From Rhynchobatus australiae (lineage: Eukaryota): a stretch of 64,000 bases of DNA. The notes below the pieces were generated by a model, which did not search any database, was not told the DNA's origin, and was given only the letters and a program-made list of their open reading frames with translations. Positions 52,400 to 64,000 of this stretch are shown here, piece after piece. Position 1 is the stretch's first letter, and every line of letters begins with the position of its first letter. The stretch spans positions 24,256,865 to 24,320,864 of the forward strand of contig JAUZTB010000001.1 of assembly GCA_034780895.1 (NCBI GenBank). Reading direction: 5' to 3'. A program made the translations under genes and the position numbers.

Positions 52400-53400
52400 T
52401 AAGGAATCTTTTTTTCTTGATGTTTCTGGTGGAACAGAAGAAACTTTTCTCATTACCCTACTTCTAGCTAAAATTCAAAGACAAAACATAATTGTCCTGG
52501 CTCTGGTATCATTAAGCATTGCTTCAACACTTTTTTGATAAGGGAGAACTACACATTCAGATTTTAAACTCCCTTTTAAATTTGAAAAATATGGAGACTC
52601 CAATGTGTAATGTTGGTTGGGGCACTGCAAAGGAAAGATTGCAAACTTATTGTCTGGGATGAAGCTACATTGGTTCGCGAAGCAGCCATTCAACCAATAG
52701 ATCAAATGTTGTAAGATCTTGGATGTGATAATAAATTAATGGGATGCATTACTTTAGTGTTAGCTGGAGAACTTTGGGGGAAAATGTTAAATGACGACAC
52801 TTGAAAACTGATATGCAAGTGCATTTGATAGGTGATCCATCTGAGTCTGCTTCGAATTTACTCAAATTAGGAAGTGGAGAAATTTAACAGGAAGACTTCA
52901 CAGGAATGATTTTGATAAAAATCTTGGGCTGAATTTGAATTATTACATCACTTTATGATTTGATGCCCACAGTTTTCCCAAATGTCACTCAACACCATTT
53001 AAGTTACTAGTGGTTGAGTGAAAGCAACTTTAGTTCCAAATTTGTTNNNNNNNNNNNNNNNNNNNNNNNNNNNNNNNNNNNNNNNNNNNNNNNNNNNNNN
53101 NNNNNNNNNNNNNNNNNNNNNNNNNNNNNNNNNNNNNNNNNNNNNNAGAATTTAGAACATATAATAACAATGTGCCTTGAATTCCCACAAGGTTCACCAC
53201 TTCCAGTGTATGATCTTTGTTGAACTGTGAGTTAATAGTGAAGGTCATAAGCTGAGACATTTCGATCCAGTTTCTGTTGTTAAGTAATCAGTGAGTCACT
53301 GAATGGTCATCACTGTGCAAAATATAATGGGAAAACGGCATTAACATCAGCATGAATCATTGCAGGAAATGCTTGGACCAATTTCCCAAAAGAATACACA
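52400..53400 (+). mobile_element. Helitron RepHel PIF1-helicase fossil
   Basis: FFLDVSGGTEETFLITLLLAKI (Walker A, cf. FFLDAPGGTGKTFL), IVLALVSLSIASTL.GRTTHSDFKLP, DCKLIVWDEATL (Walker B)...IDQML*DL..NKLMGCITLVLAGE, VFPN..WLSE and LPVYDL...LRHFDP. Has stops and frameshifts. Confidence 0.85.
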
Positions 53401-53464
53401 AAGTACTTCTTTAGCTGCTATTTATGCATTTGAAAAATTCTAATTCTAGTTTTTAATTTCTAAG

Positions 53465-53617
53465 CAATGAGCTTAGAAGAGCTTAGATGAGCACATGAAT
53501 GAGAGGAAAATAAAGGGATATGGGCATACTGTAGGTAGGACTGATAAGCTATGTCAGCTCAACATTGTGGGCTGAAGGGCCTGTTCTGTGCTGCACTGTT
53601 CTATGTTCTATGTTCTA
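53465..53617 (+). mobile_element. CR1 3' tail
   Basis: gcttagatgagcacatgaatgagagg...aacattgtgggctgaagggcctgttctgtgctgcactgttctatgttctatgttcta. Confidence 0.85.
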
Positions 53618-55039
53618 GGTAGGGTCTGATAAATCACATTTCATTGACATGTCAGGGCAGGATTCCACATGGAAGGGTTCAAACACTGAAACTGTGTGAA
53701 AAGTGAGCATGAAATTAGGAGGTTCAAGAATACAGGAAAGGAAAGCTGGAAATGCTGTGGTACATTGCAGGGATGGTGGGGTCAATTGTGGTCTGTTTGA
53801 GGAAGGCGATAATGAAAATTTATTTATAGATAATGGTGTAACTACTAATATAACACAATCTTTTGTTGATGGCTTGAAACCTTCAACAAGACAAAGCTAA
53901 AGCTCTGTACTTCAGTTTCAGGAGAAATCATTCAGAATTAAAATTACTTGGCCTGATTCTTTTGGGGTTGACTTTTCTTTTGCTGCTACAAAAAAAAAGT
54001 AAATTGTCCACCAACAGAAATAACTGAGCCTGTTGGACTCTCATGCCAAGGTCACATGGAGCTGTTGGCTCTTCCTTTGAGAGTACAGAATTTCCCATTC
54101 CCAGTCTGGCTGCTGAAGATAACTGTAGGCCTTTTAGACTGGTATTAACTGTCACCAAGTTAATGGAATATATCATAAGTGAACATAGTGCCTCAGTACA
54201 CAAAAAAAATCGATCAAAGGGAGTCAGCATAAATTTGTTATGAGTAGGTCATATCTGATTCATACACTGATTTTTTTGAGATCACATTAGAGATGAATAT
54301 CTACATGGTCTTCCAGGATGTATTTTTCAAGGTACTTCTCAAAATACCATTAAAAACATTGAGAGCACAATCAACCAAATATAAAATTCAATAATCCACA
54401 TATTTCAGAATCTGTATTAAACATAACAGCATTTTCTTTGACCCAAAGCATCAAGAAAGCCAGAGATGCAATATACATCTTGATATGGTCAAGCTGTCTA
54501 ATCCAGATAATACATAGGAAATGAAAATTATTTGGATCCTTTGGGATTGAGTAAACATTTTTTTTTGAAACCCAAGATCTAGTAATAATAAGAAGCAGGA
54601 CCATCACATAACCTGGAACACATTAGACGTATGCATAGTTTAAGAAAGAAAGCAGAATGCTGAAGAGTAAATAACTATGCAGAAGTGAAATCAGAAAGAA
54701 AAATAACAACTATACAAATCCTGGAGGAAATAAAATTAACCAATTGAACATGCAGATATTCAGTAAAAAGAGGATTCCTATAGTAATCAGAGACCTGAAG
54801 ATAAAACTGGTTTCACGTTTTGCATTGTTTGATCAATAAATCTCTAAATATTTAAAAGAGAGTATGAACATAATACAGTAGACATAATCAATAATTATTT
54901 CATCCAATTGTTCATCCATGAAAGTGTGAACAAATATGATCTCTCTAAAAAGAGATAATTTAGTGGAATTATTCAAATTAAAAGAAATGGAATTCCTAGA
55001 AAAACCTGCAAGGTCCAAAACAACTTTGCCTGTTCTCCT

Positions 55040-55320
55040 TAACACCTCTCAGCTTCTTACATCTCTCCCCTCCCGCACCCTCCTACCTTCCCCCTCTCAC
55101 CTGGACTCACCAATCACTTGTCTGCATGTGGTCCTCCCCCTCCCCTGACCTGCTTATTCTGGCTTGTGCCCTCTTCCTTTCCAGTCCTGATGAAGGGTCT
55201 CAACCCAAAATGTCGACTGTTTATTTCCCTCCATGGATGCTGCCTGACCTGCTGAGTTCCTCCAGCACCTTTTATGTGTTTCTCCAGATTCCAGCATTTG
55301 CAGAATCTCTTGTTTCTCTG
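55040..55320 (+). mobile_element. Penelope-like element terminal repeat with a minimal hammerhead ribozyme remnant
   Basis: cagtc-CTGATGA-aGGGTctcaACCC-aAAA-tgTC-gactg, followed by tttatttccctccatggatgctgcctgacctgctgagttcctccagca. Confidence 0.75.
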
Positions 55321-55374
55321 TAATGGTAGTTGTTACATTGGTTAGGGCAACATTTGAACTGTGCTGGAACCAGT

Positions 55375-55880
55375 GTCTAAGTGAGCTGGTAACAAGGGAA
55401 GCAGAGAGGATTTTGAATTAAAAAAAGGAGGCAAAAGATCAAAATTTGGAAGATGGGGTAAACTAAAGAATATAGATAAAGCAAGTGAGAAAGGTATTAA
55501 TTTGGGAAATGATAAACAGACTGTCACAGGGAGGAACAGAGAGTACAAGAGTAAAGGTAAATAATAAAAGAGCAAAACTCAAGGCTCTGTATATCAATAC
55601 ACATAGAATTTGAAACAAAACAGATGTACTGAGAGTACAAATAAAAGTAAATAAGAATAATCCGACAGAGACATGACTGGAAGATAACCCAGATTGGTAC
55701 CTGAATTTACTAAAGAGATGAAAGTAGGAAATGTTGAAGAGTAGCTGTGATAATTAGTGAAAGTCTTACTTTAATAGGAAGGGATGACTTAAGTGCAGGA
55801 AAGCAGTTTATGGAAGCAGTTTGGTAAAGATGAGAATGACAAAGGTAAGAAGTTACTTATAAGAGTGGTGTGCAGGGACG
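55375..55880 (+). mobile_element. Decayed CR1 ORF1 end and ORF2 endonuclease start
   Basis: KLKALYINTHRI*NKTDVL...TET*LED..DWYLN...GKKLLIRVVCR. Confidence 0.6.
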
Positions 55881-56439
55881 ACAATGCACTTTCCCTTCNN
55901 NNNNNNNNNNNNNNNNNNNNNNNNNNNNNNNNNNNNNNNNNNNNNNNNNNNNNNNNNNNNNNNNNNNNNNNNNNNNNNNNNNNNNNNNNNNNNNNNNNAG
56001 AGTGGTGTGCAGGGAAGACAATGCACTTTCCCTTCTCGATCATATCTATTCCCCTCCATTCAAATAACTTGCTTTCTGGATGTATTAGGTCTATTCTCGT
56101 GCAATGTAGTGGGCAGATTTCCCAACATATTTGCCATGAAATTATAAAATTGCACATATGGAATGGCTGGCAAATTTTTCAGCAAAATTTGACCAATATG
56201 TCATCTTTCACAGATCTGCATTCTAAACATTGGAAGTGCAATGCCTTATGGAAAATAATATAGTTTTCAAATTTTGATTGGAATTGATCATATTAGCTAA
56301 ACACATGGTTCACATTGAAGAGCAATTCTCCAACTGGGGAGCAGAACTTAAGACTACTGTGCCCAAGCAGAAGTGTTCAAATTAAGTAATAATAATTTAA
56401 CTAGGAAATCACATTCAATTATATAACATAAACATCAAG

Positions 56440-57470
56440 CTGTTCTCGTTCAACTACAACACTGGCCTCTATCCAACAATATGGAAAATTGCCCAAGGAT
56501 GGCATGTTGACAAAGAACAAGGCACATTCAATCTGGCCAATTACCATCCTATCAGTTTATGTAATCTCAATTAACAGCAAAGCAATGGAGCTTCTTTTGA
56601 GCAATGCTATCAAATGACACTGAATTAAACAATAATCTGCTCACCAACAGTTAGTTTTGATCCAATATGGTTCACTCGCTACAAGACCTTATTGCAACCT
56701 TGATTCAAGTATGGACAAAAGACAGGAATTCCATATGTCAAGTGACAGAGATTGTCACTGATCTCATGCCAGCATTGGTCTACATATTGCAATAAAGATG
56801 TTGAAGTTAATGAAGATAAGAGAGAAAAAGTTTCCAACGGCTGGAGTCATACCAAACACAAAACAAAATGGTTGTAATATTAGCGCCAGGACAGCACTAC
56901 AAGACTCGTTCAGGACAGCATCATGGACCCAAAATCCTTCAGCCGACTCATCAGCAGTGTTCTCATCAGCAATCGATTGAAGCTGGAGTTGTTTAATGCA
57001 CAACATTCTTTTCTATTTCCAATTCCACAAATAATGAAACAGGCATGTCCCTCATGGAGTAACTCCTGAATTACATTGTGATTTGGGCTGATAAGTGACA
57101 AGTAATATCTATAATCTACAAAATGCGTGGCATGAGGCACAGATGTTAGTTGCCACTCATCGGTCTACTTCTTGGTATTCTTGTTCTCCCACCATGTAGG
57201 CACAAGCAGAAAGAAATTAGTATGTCAAATGCAGAACACTATCACTTTCAAGCTTTTCTCCAACCCAGGCACCATCCCACCTCGGACAATTATATACGTG
57301 CAGTCTGAGTAACTGAGAACCCATACACAAATGCTAATTCTCCATTGTGGTTGGCAAAGTACTGGAAAACCAAACAATATTACTATGGAACTACAGTCAA
57401 TGGTTGCAGTAGTTCAAAATTCTCTCACACATTTTGGGAGGCCATGGGATGGGAATTAAATGTTTGCTTT
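56440..57470 (+). mobile_element. CR1-Zenon/L2-like LINE RT to 3' end, decayed and internally deleted
   Basis: YNTGLYPTIWKIAQGWHVDKEQGTFNLANYHPISL resembles WKxAxVxPVxKxxxxSNPANYRPISL. The terminal part matches 45130-45405. Confidence 0.7.
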
Positions 57471-57619
57471 GAAAGCAATCCCTTTATCACCAGAGTTATT
57501 TTCTAAAAATGAACTGGAAGATATTTTTTTCTCCAGAAAGGAAAGTTTGAGGATTGCACTGTCTGAAGAGACGCCGAATGAGAAGTGGCCTTTTCCAGCT
57601 TTTACAATTTCCAATGTCC

Positions 57620-57700
57620 CAACACACAACGTTGACTGTTTATTTCCCACCATAGATGCTGCCTGACCTGCTGAGTTCCTCCAGCATTTTGTCTGTTGTT
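57620..57700 (+). mobile_element. Penelope-derived terminal fragment
   Basis: aacgttgactgtttatttccc...accatagatgctgcctgacctgctgagttcctccagcattttg is nearly identical to 55209-55270. Confidence 0.75.
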
Positions 57701-58115
57701 ATCAATAATATGAATGTTTTTACTTCAGTGCAAATGGCACTTTTTTGACATTCGCTATGTTTTGCTGTGNNNNNNNNNNNNNNNNNNNNNNAATTGAGGA
57801 TTGACAATGCCTGAAACTTATAAGAAAACAAAATCACACATCCTCAATGGAGTAATGGTAACTATTTCATCTGCCAAAGAAACTAACCACTTTGTTTCTT
57901 CCCAGCAGTATAAACTGATGAGGGATGATAACTATTTGAATAGTATTGATGCAAACATCACTAAAACTAGAACCCATTCTTTCAATGCGGAAGAAATATT
58001 GCCGCAGTTTTTATCCTAGGATAAGAAGTGAACAGGTGACTGAGTCACATCAACATAGCAACATAAAACCATTTGAATCCTGAACATGATCAGCATTTTT
58101 ACTTGTAACTTCCAG

Positions 58116-58296
58116 GTGTGGATAATGTTGAAGGTATTGCTGTGGACTGGATTGGAAATAACTTATACTGGACGGATGATAGTTACAAGAAGTCTATAAG
58201 TGTAGCAAGACTTGAAAAGGCCTCTCAGACCCGCAAGACCTTAGTAGAAGGCCAAATGTCACACCCAAGAGCTATAGTTTTGGATCCTTTACATGG
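58116..58296 (+). CDS. LRP1B: LRP1B coding exon (exon 12 equivalent, 181 bp), YWTD repeats
   Basis: Acceptor aacttccag|GT and donor CAT GG|gtaagt. Translates (G)[59 protein letters not shown](G), with a canonical YWTD. Phase 1 to 2. Confidence 0.95.
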
Positions 58297-60488
58297 GTAA
58301 GTGCTCTCCTCTTCAGCTTCTTTGAACTTAAACTGATGGCATAATTATTGAATCTGCACTCTTGACTAGTTCTGTACTAAATTTACAGACACAAATATAT
58401 GATACCTCTGGGGACACAGCATTGAATGTAAATTGTGCCTTGTTATTGCTCAGTTAAAGACATTCTATTAGCATCACAGGTCAACAGGAAATGCACTGTA
58501 AATCTGCTCATGAACAACTATTATTCCCTAGATTTTTGAAGTCTAATATTATGTTCCCCATAATATCCATGATTTTCTTAAGAAGCCCTTCTATAGGCAC
58601 AAGAAAAAGAGAAACCAAAGGAATAAATAGCAAATTTAGTTAGATGCATGTTGATGCAAATTACATGCCAAGGCAATAAAGTGTCAGCTTAGCTGTCTTA
58701 CTGGCCTAGAGGAGGGGAGGGATTTGAATTGGGTACAAATCCCACACACCAAACAAAGCAAACTGTTTGTTGCTCTTATTTATTGATTACTGTTGAGCTT
58801 TACAGATCAGTCAGTGCCCACAAGATGGGTTCTTGAGTGATTTGGCAGAACAGTTGGCCAACTGGACTCTAGCTGAGAGCTTAAGGGGAGAGATGGCAAT
58901 TGCATGATGAAAACTGTAATAGACAATGGCCCACAGTTGTAATTTGATCCAGAAGATGCACTTAACATTCAGGTGAAAAATAGCTTACTTTTTTTTGGTG
59001 GTGGGCTCATCTAAGGAGTGAAGGTTAGATTACACACTGAGCTAAGAATCCTGAATACAACAGAACAACTGCTTTCATTATAAATGAAGCTCCAATATGG
59101 GTCCAAAGGCAGGCAATAGGGACCGATTGGCATATTCTAAGACCCAATGCCTGGACTGGGTGACCATCCATAATTTAGTAAAGAAATAAGAATTCCATTC
59201 CATGATATCTCAATTGTATTTGAAAACATTTAATGATTGTTTGCTAGCCTACTATCTTTATCATTTTTTTACATGGAAAATCTCTAATCCATCTCAAGGA
59301 CTCAGGTAATCTCTATAGTAGTTATGGGATGTTATCAATATGCTTTTTCCTATTTCTTCCTCTCCAGTTCTCAGCTTTCTCACATGTCTAATCTTTATCT
59401 TGCTGCTGATTGCAGACCATTGCTATGGGTTGCCAGATTTTCTATAATGTAATAGTGGAAATGATCCAACAGTAGTTTATTGTCTTCAAAGCACTTGGTA
59501 TGACCTAAAGTTATGAAATGTCTTATAAAAATGCAAGTTTCACCCAGGATAAAAAAGTTTATTTGGCACAGATCAAAACTTCATAGTCTAACATGACAAG
59601 GCTGGCTCACCAGATCACTCAACATGTGGTGAAATAAAAAGGATTGGCTCAAAATAAGGTGTAATAGGCTCCAGTCAATTACTACCTTGATGACAATGTT
59701 AAAAATTATCTCCATATGTCTTAGTCACTCAAAGGGTAGTGCATATAACCACAGAGCAATTGGTGCCATTCTTCTCGCACCACTTTATTTTTACCCACTT
59801 TATTCCACATAAGTAATACTCCAGCCTTGGTAGAATTAATTTCATTGAATTTAGTATTGATCAGGCCAGGGTTGGGGTCAATGGTTGAAGCAAGGCATAA
59901 TCACTTTGTACTAGAAGTTAATCCGCAATAAATCCATGAAAGACGGCAACACATCTCATGAGAAATTATAGGTGAGTATAAAATGGGAACAATTCACAGA
60001 ACCTAATGTTTTATGCCACAACATTTTATTAAAATTATATATTTCCAAATCAGACATTATTTCCAAAAGTCCATGCTTTATATAGCAGGGAGCACCACAC
60101 AGGAGATAGCTGTTGCCAGATTTTTATTTGTGTCCTTGTGTAAAATATTCTCTAACTTTGTCTTATTTCTTTAGATGCATTAGCACTTAATTCCACTGGA
60201 ACTATAAGCAATGATAATTTGATATAATGTTGGTGACGAAAGAAGTACTTCAACTGAGCATGTAATTTGATAGATCCCCTTGCTGCATTAGTCGAGCATA
60301 GGACTTGGCAGGGTGCCTGGAAGGTCTGCAATTCTTGGGAATCATTCCCGAAATTTTTTTCTTACGAGTACAAATGTCCTGACAGACATAAGTACAGCAG
60401 AAGGCAAGATATTTATCTGGTTTTAGTTGTTCCTTTATATTCCAGGAAATCATGTCAAGTGTTCTACTTGTTTTAGACATGTGAGGCT

Positions 60489-60517
60489 GGGGGCGGGTGG
60501 GGGTGGGAGTGGCGGGG
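60489..60517 (+). other. G-quadruplex-forming motif
   Basis: GGGGG-C-GGG-T-GGGGG-T-GGG-AGTGGC-GGGG, with single-nucleotide loops between the first four tracts. Confidence 0.6.
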
Positions 60518-60559
60518 AGAGGACAAAGCTTCAAGTACATAATGAAAACACAATTTGAA

Positions 60560-61060
60560 TAGAATAGGAAAACACAAAACATTGTGACTAAATGGTGTCA
60601 TAACTTGCCAGGGAAAACTGTGGTTCATTAATGGATGGCTCTAAAGAGTCAATGGTTCTTGTTAAGCTTAGATGCATCTTCAGCAGGAAGAAAGGTAAGG
60701 CAATGAAAGTCAGAGCTCCCTGGAAGGCAAATGATACAAAGATTAAGAAGAAGCCATAAAAGCAGATGAAGATGCTTTGAGTAAGGATTAGGGAAAAGAT
60801 TGGAGCTGAAGCAAATAAAAAGTATACTGAAACAGAGTAAAATGATAATCAGCATTAAAATGGAATCAAAATGTCTTCCATCAGTATATAAATTATAAAT
60901 GGGTAGTATGAGGAGAGCTGGGACCAATTAAGGACCAAAGAGGAGATCCTATGCATGGAGGTGTATGACATGGCTGGGATACTAAATGAATACTTTGAAT
61001 TTATTTTTGCCAAGGAAGACTTGGTGCTTCAGTTACAAGAAAAGGGTAGTTGATGTAATG
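60560..61060 (+). mobile_element. Decayed CR1 ORF2 internal fragment
   Basis: INGxxMRRAGTN/GPIKDQRGDPMHG...MAGILNEYFEFIFAKED. Confidence 0.7.
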
Positions 61061-61099
61061 AACAAGAGGCATGAGAATGGCCTCCTGTCTTCAAGGTAA

Positions 61100-61490
61100 C
61101 TGAATCATGATGTGACAGTAAGGAAAGTAAGAAATGAAATTGGAGAGATACTGGCCCCAGTATGGTGCCATACAATGGATGGGCACACTCCTGGCTTTGT
61201 CAGTGATTTGGCTGATTTCTGTTAAGTTTGAATAGATACAACAGAGCCACTGTTGGACCCTGAGCTCTCCACAGAGCTCCATGTCTGAGTGGAATCTCAG
61301 AGGCTCTCTACTATGAGCAATTAAGGTCATTGAGACGTGCTCCAGGATTGCTGGAATGGTGGGAAGTCCTTTGTCCCACAACACCATGCAGGCACTGCCT
61401 CAACAGGGTCACAAGAATACATGTTTTGGGGCAGGGAACCTCCTGTCTTTGTGAGACCAAAAGGACAGGGGTGAGATTGTCCAGTGTCAG
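61100..61490 (-). mobile_element. Possible PIF/Harbinger transposase fossil
   Basis: RFPAPKHVFL..LLRQ..VLWDKGLP resembles RFPGSxHDxFILRQS...WLLGDKGYP. Confidence 0.35.
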
Positions 61491-61524
61491 TTAGACCTTG
61501 GGATCAAGATGAGAATTGTGAGTC

Positions 61525-61605
61525 ACAGAGTTATAGAAAGATATGGCACAGAAATGGGCCCTATGGCCTACCGAGTCTGCACCAACCATCAACCACCTTT
61601 TGCAT
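61525..61605 (-). mobile_element. HE1 SINE 3' tail fragment
   Basis: gatatggcacagaaatgggccctatggcctaccgagtctgcaccaaccatcaaccacc. Confidence 0.6.
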
Positions 61606-62282
61606 TATCAACGGATAAAAATCAGTGTGGTTGCCCATCTGCCATGTCAAGCATTTCATGGTAAATCAGCACTTTTCCTTGACTAAAATGCACAAAAATT
61701 AGCGTTGTTGATATGACTTGTCATGGTGTGATTCTTCATTATGTGAGTGACTTTTGAAATGATTTGTGACACAGAGGTTGAAGGATTAGAAATTGCAACT
61801 GAAAGGATTTTTTTTACTGATGTGGCAGTGAAGGTTCCAATTCAAATCATTGAAGGAACAGCTAAATGCTCTCATGGGGTTGGAAAGGAAGCTGGCTAGA
61901 TGAATAAAGGTGGATGTTATGATCCTCTTGGTGTAAAGCACTCTTAACCTATGTAGAATGACACATAAATTTAGGATAAGATTCTACGAGATCTTATTGT
62001 TTCCACCTTCTGCTATCGCATGAGATGAACATAATAACAATGTGCCTTGAAGTGAATTTCTAGGGGGAGATTGCATCNNNNNNNNNNNNNNNNNNNNNNN
62101 NNNNNNNNNNNNNNNNNNNNNNNNNNNNNNNNNNNNNNNNNNNNNNNNNNNNNNNNNNNNNNNNNNNNNNNNNNNNNNNNNNNNNNNNNNNNNNNNNNNN
62201 NNNNNNNNNNNNNNNNNNNNNNNNNNNNNNNNNNNNNNNNNNNNNNNNNNNNNNNNNNNNNNNNNNNNNNNNNNNNNNNNNN

Positions 62283-62760
62283 CCAACAACCTCTAACTGA
62301 TGTGGCACAGCCCTTGTTTCTTGTTATAGTTGGAGTTGTAAATAGAGGATGCAGGTCGCACATTGGTCCAGTTTCTGCCAGGAAAGCAGAGCTGGGCATG
62401 GAGTTCATTGATGACAACATGACATGCATGAATGATGCTGGAAAATCATAAACTATGTTAAGTTGATTAGTGCCAGAAGTGCCCAATCCAGTTTTTCAAT
62501 GGGCGAGGCATCCACCAGAAATAGTTCCTGCACATTAAAACATGAGCAAATTGACTTTCATGTGCAGTTGGGACAAATGGGTTGGAACTTCTCAGCAAAG
62601 GTTTTCTGTGCAAGTTTTAACATGACAGTGACCATTTCCAGTGGAAGTTATTCTCATTAGGAAAATGGAATTTTTACTATTTTGGCAGCTTTTGGTTCTG
62701 CTGTACTATCTTTGTCCTGGATAGTCTCCGTCAGGCTATGGCATGCTTCCCGTGATTTCC
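62283..62760 (-). mobile_element. Possible PIF/Harbinger transposase fossil
   Basis: LPLEMVTVML and NQLNIVYD..SFMHV...SAFLAE..LHPLF...NKG resemble LPVAVKVTVAL and SLNVQLVCD..IMHV..HDAFILR..PxLF..DKG. Confidence 0.35.
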
Positions 62761-63365
62761 AATGGCAAATTGATTGCTGTGATCTCTGCAGACAGCCTTT
62801 GTCAGGGGTTACTTTTTAACATAGCAATCAGGGCAAAAATAACACTGATATTATTTTAAAAGGTGAATCTTCATGCTCTACACCAGGGGTATTAANNNNN
62901 NNNNNNNNNNNNNNNNNNNNNNNNNNNNNNNNNNNNNNNNNNNNNNNNNNNNNNNNNNNNNNNNNNNNNNNNNNNNNNNNNNNNNNNNNNNNNNNGTCCC
63001 TGAACATGGTACCAATTTAGCACACAAAATTAGTGTGAAATCCATTTTCTTTTGCAAAAATCCTCATGTGTGTGTGTGTGTGGTGGTGTGCAAGTTCTTT
63101 AACAGTCATAATAAGATGCTTCAATGTCTCCTTGAAGGATTAATTGAGAGCTGGGATGATAAGCAGGATTTCCATCATGTTGGAAGAGCAATTTACTTGT
63201 TTTTCTACACAATTGAACCATTTAAAGTTTTATGGGAAGTTAAAACAAAAGCAACTGAGATTATGTACTTTGTAAAACAAAAGAGTAAAACATTGGAGAG
63301 GATACATTTGATTGAACTGCAAAAATAATTTTGAGAGTAATGTTTTTTATTTGTATGATATCTTA

Positions 63366-63990
63366 ACCATAGAAACCATAGAACAATACAGCACAGTACA
63401 GGCCCTTCGTCCCACCATGTTGTGCCGACCTTTAAACCAGGCCTAGGACTAACTAACCCCTACCTCCCACATATCCCCCTATTTTAAATTCCTCCATATG
63501 CTTATCTAACAATCTCTAGACCTCGACCAATGCACCTGCCCCCAGGCAGTACATTCCATGCACCAACCACCCTCTAGGTGAATAACCTCCCTCTGATATC
63601 TCCCTTGAACTTCCCACCCATTACTTTAAAGCCATGCCCTCTTGNNNNNNNNNNNNNNNNNNNNNNNNNNNNNNNNNNNNNNNNNNNNNNNNNNNNNNNN
63701 NNNNNNNNNNNNNNNNNNNNNNNNNNNNNNNNNNNNNNNNNNNNTCTCTGCAAGAGCCACAATATCATAGTCCCATGTACTTATCCAAGCTCTCAGTTCA
63801 TCACCCTTATTCCTGATACTTTTTGCATTTAAGTAAATACACTTCAGCCCATCCACCTTTCTACTTTTATACCCTGTACTCTGCTTCTCCTTCCTCAAAG
63901 CCTTGCTACATGTTAGATCTGACTTTTCGCCATGCACTTCTTCCTCTGACCTACCCTTCTGCTTCCCATCCCCCTCACAAACTAGTTTTA
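63366..63990 (-). mobile_element. CR1 LINE with its 5' ORF2 start and 3' end on either side of a 100-N gap (collapsed element)
   Basis: GLKCIYLNAKSIRNKGDELRAWISTWDYDIVALAE at 63745-63850. RGHGFKVMGGKFKGDIRGRLFT and the tail aaccatagaaaccatagaaca at 63366-63644. Confidence 0.9.
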
Positions 63991-64000
63991 AAAAAGGTGG

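Noticed and set aside
57558-57590. Another hammerhead core (CTGAAGA...GAAT)
   Set aside because: No stem II pairing, no GAAA and no matching stem I.

Overview
This is eukaryotic, AT-rich, gap-rich genomic DNA. The repeat content (HE1-type V-SINEs, CR1/HER1-like LINEs, Penelope-derived termini) points to an elasmobranch (shark or ray). The whole window lies inside one + strand gene, LRP1B (LDL-receptor-related protein 1B). Five GT-AG coding exons can be read, equivalent to human exons 8-12: 6280-6502, 21902-22091, 31919-32062, 41489-41739 and 58116-58296. Their splice phases are mutually consistent, and they encode the end of the first YWTD beta-propeller, an EGF module and the start of the second propeller. 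The introns (9-16 kb) are full of decayed transposons: CR1, CR1-Zenon/L2-like, RTE-BovB, Rex1/Babar, V-SINEs, Penelope termini with hammerhead-ribozyme remnants, a Helitron PIF1-helicase fossil and probable PIF/Harbinger transposase fossils. I found no convincing new biological system. The most notable points are an LRP1-length exon 9 in this LRP1B, a false frameshift in exon 11 made by an assembly gap, the ribozyme and Helitron fossils, and a 33-bp E-box-rich minisatellite. Exon boundaries were counted exactly. Repeat boundaries are approximate (tens of bp). Comparisons to human sequences and repeat consensuses are from memory, not from a search.
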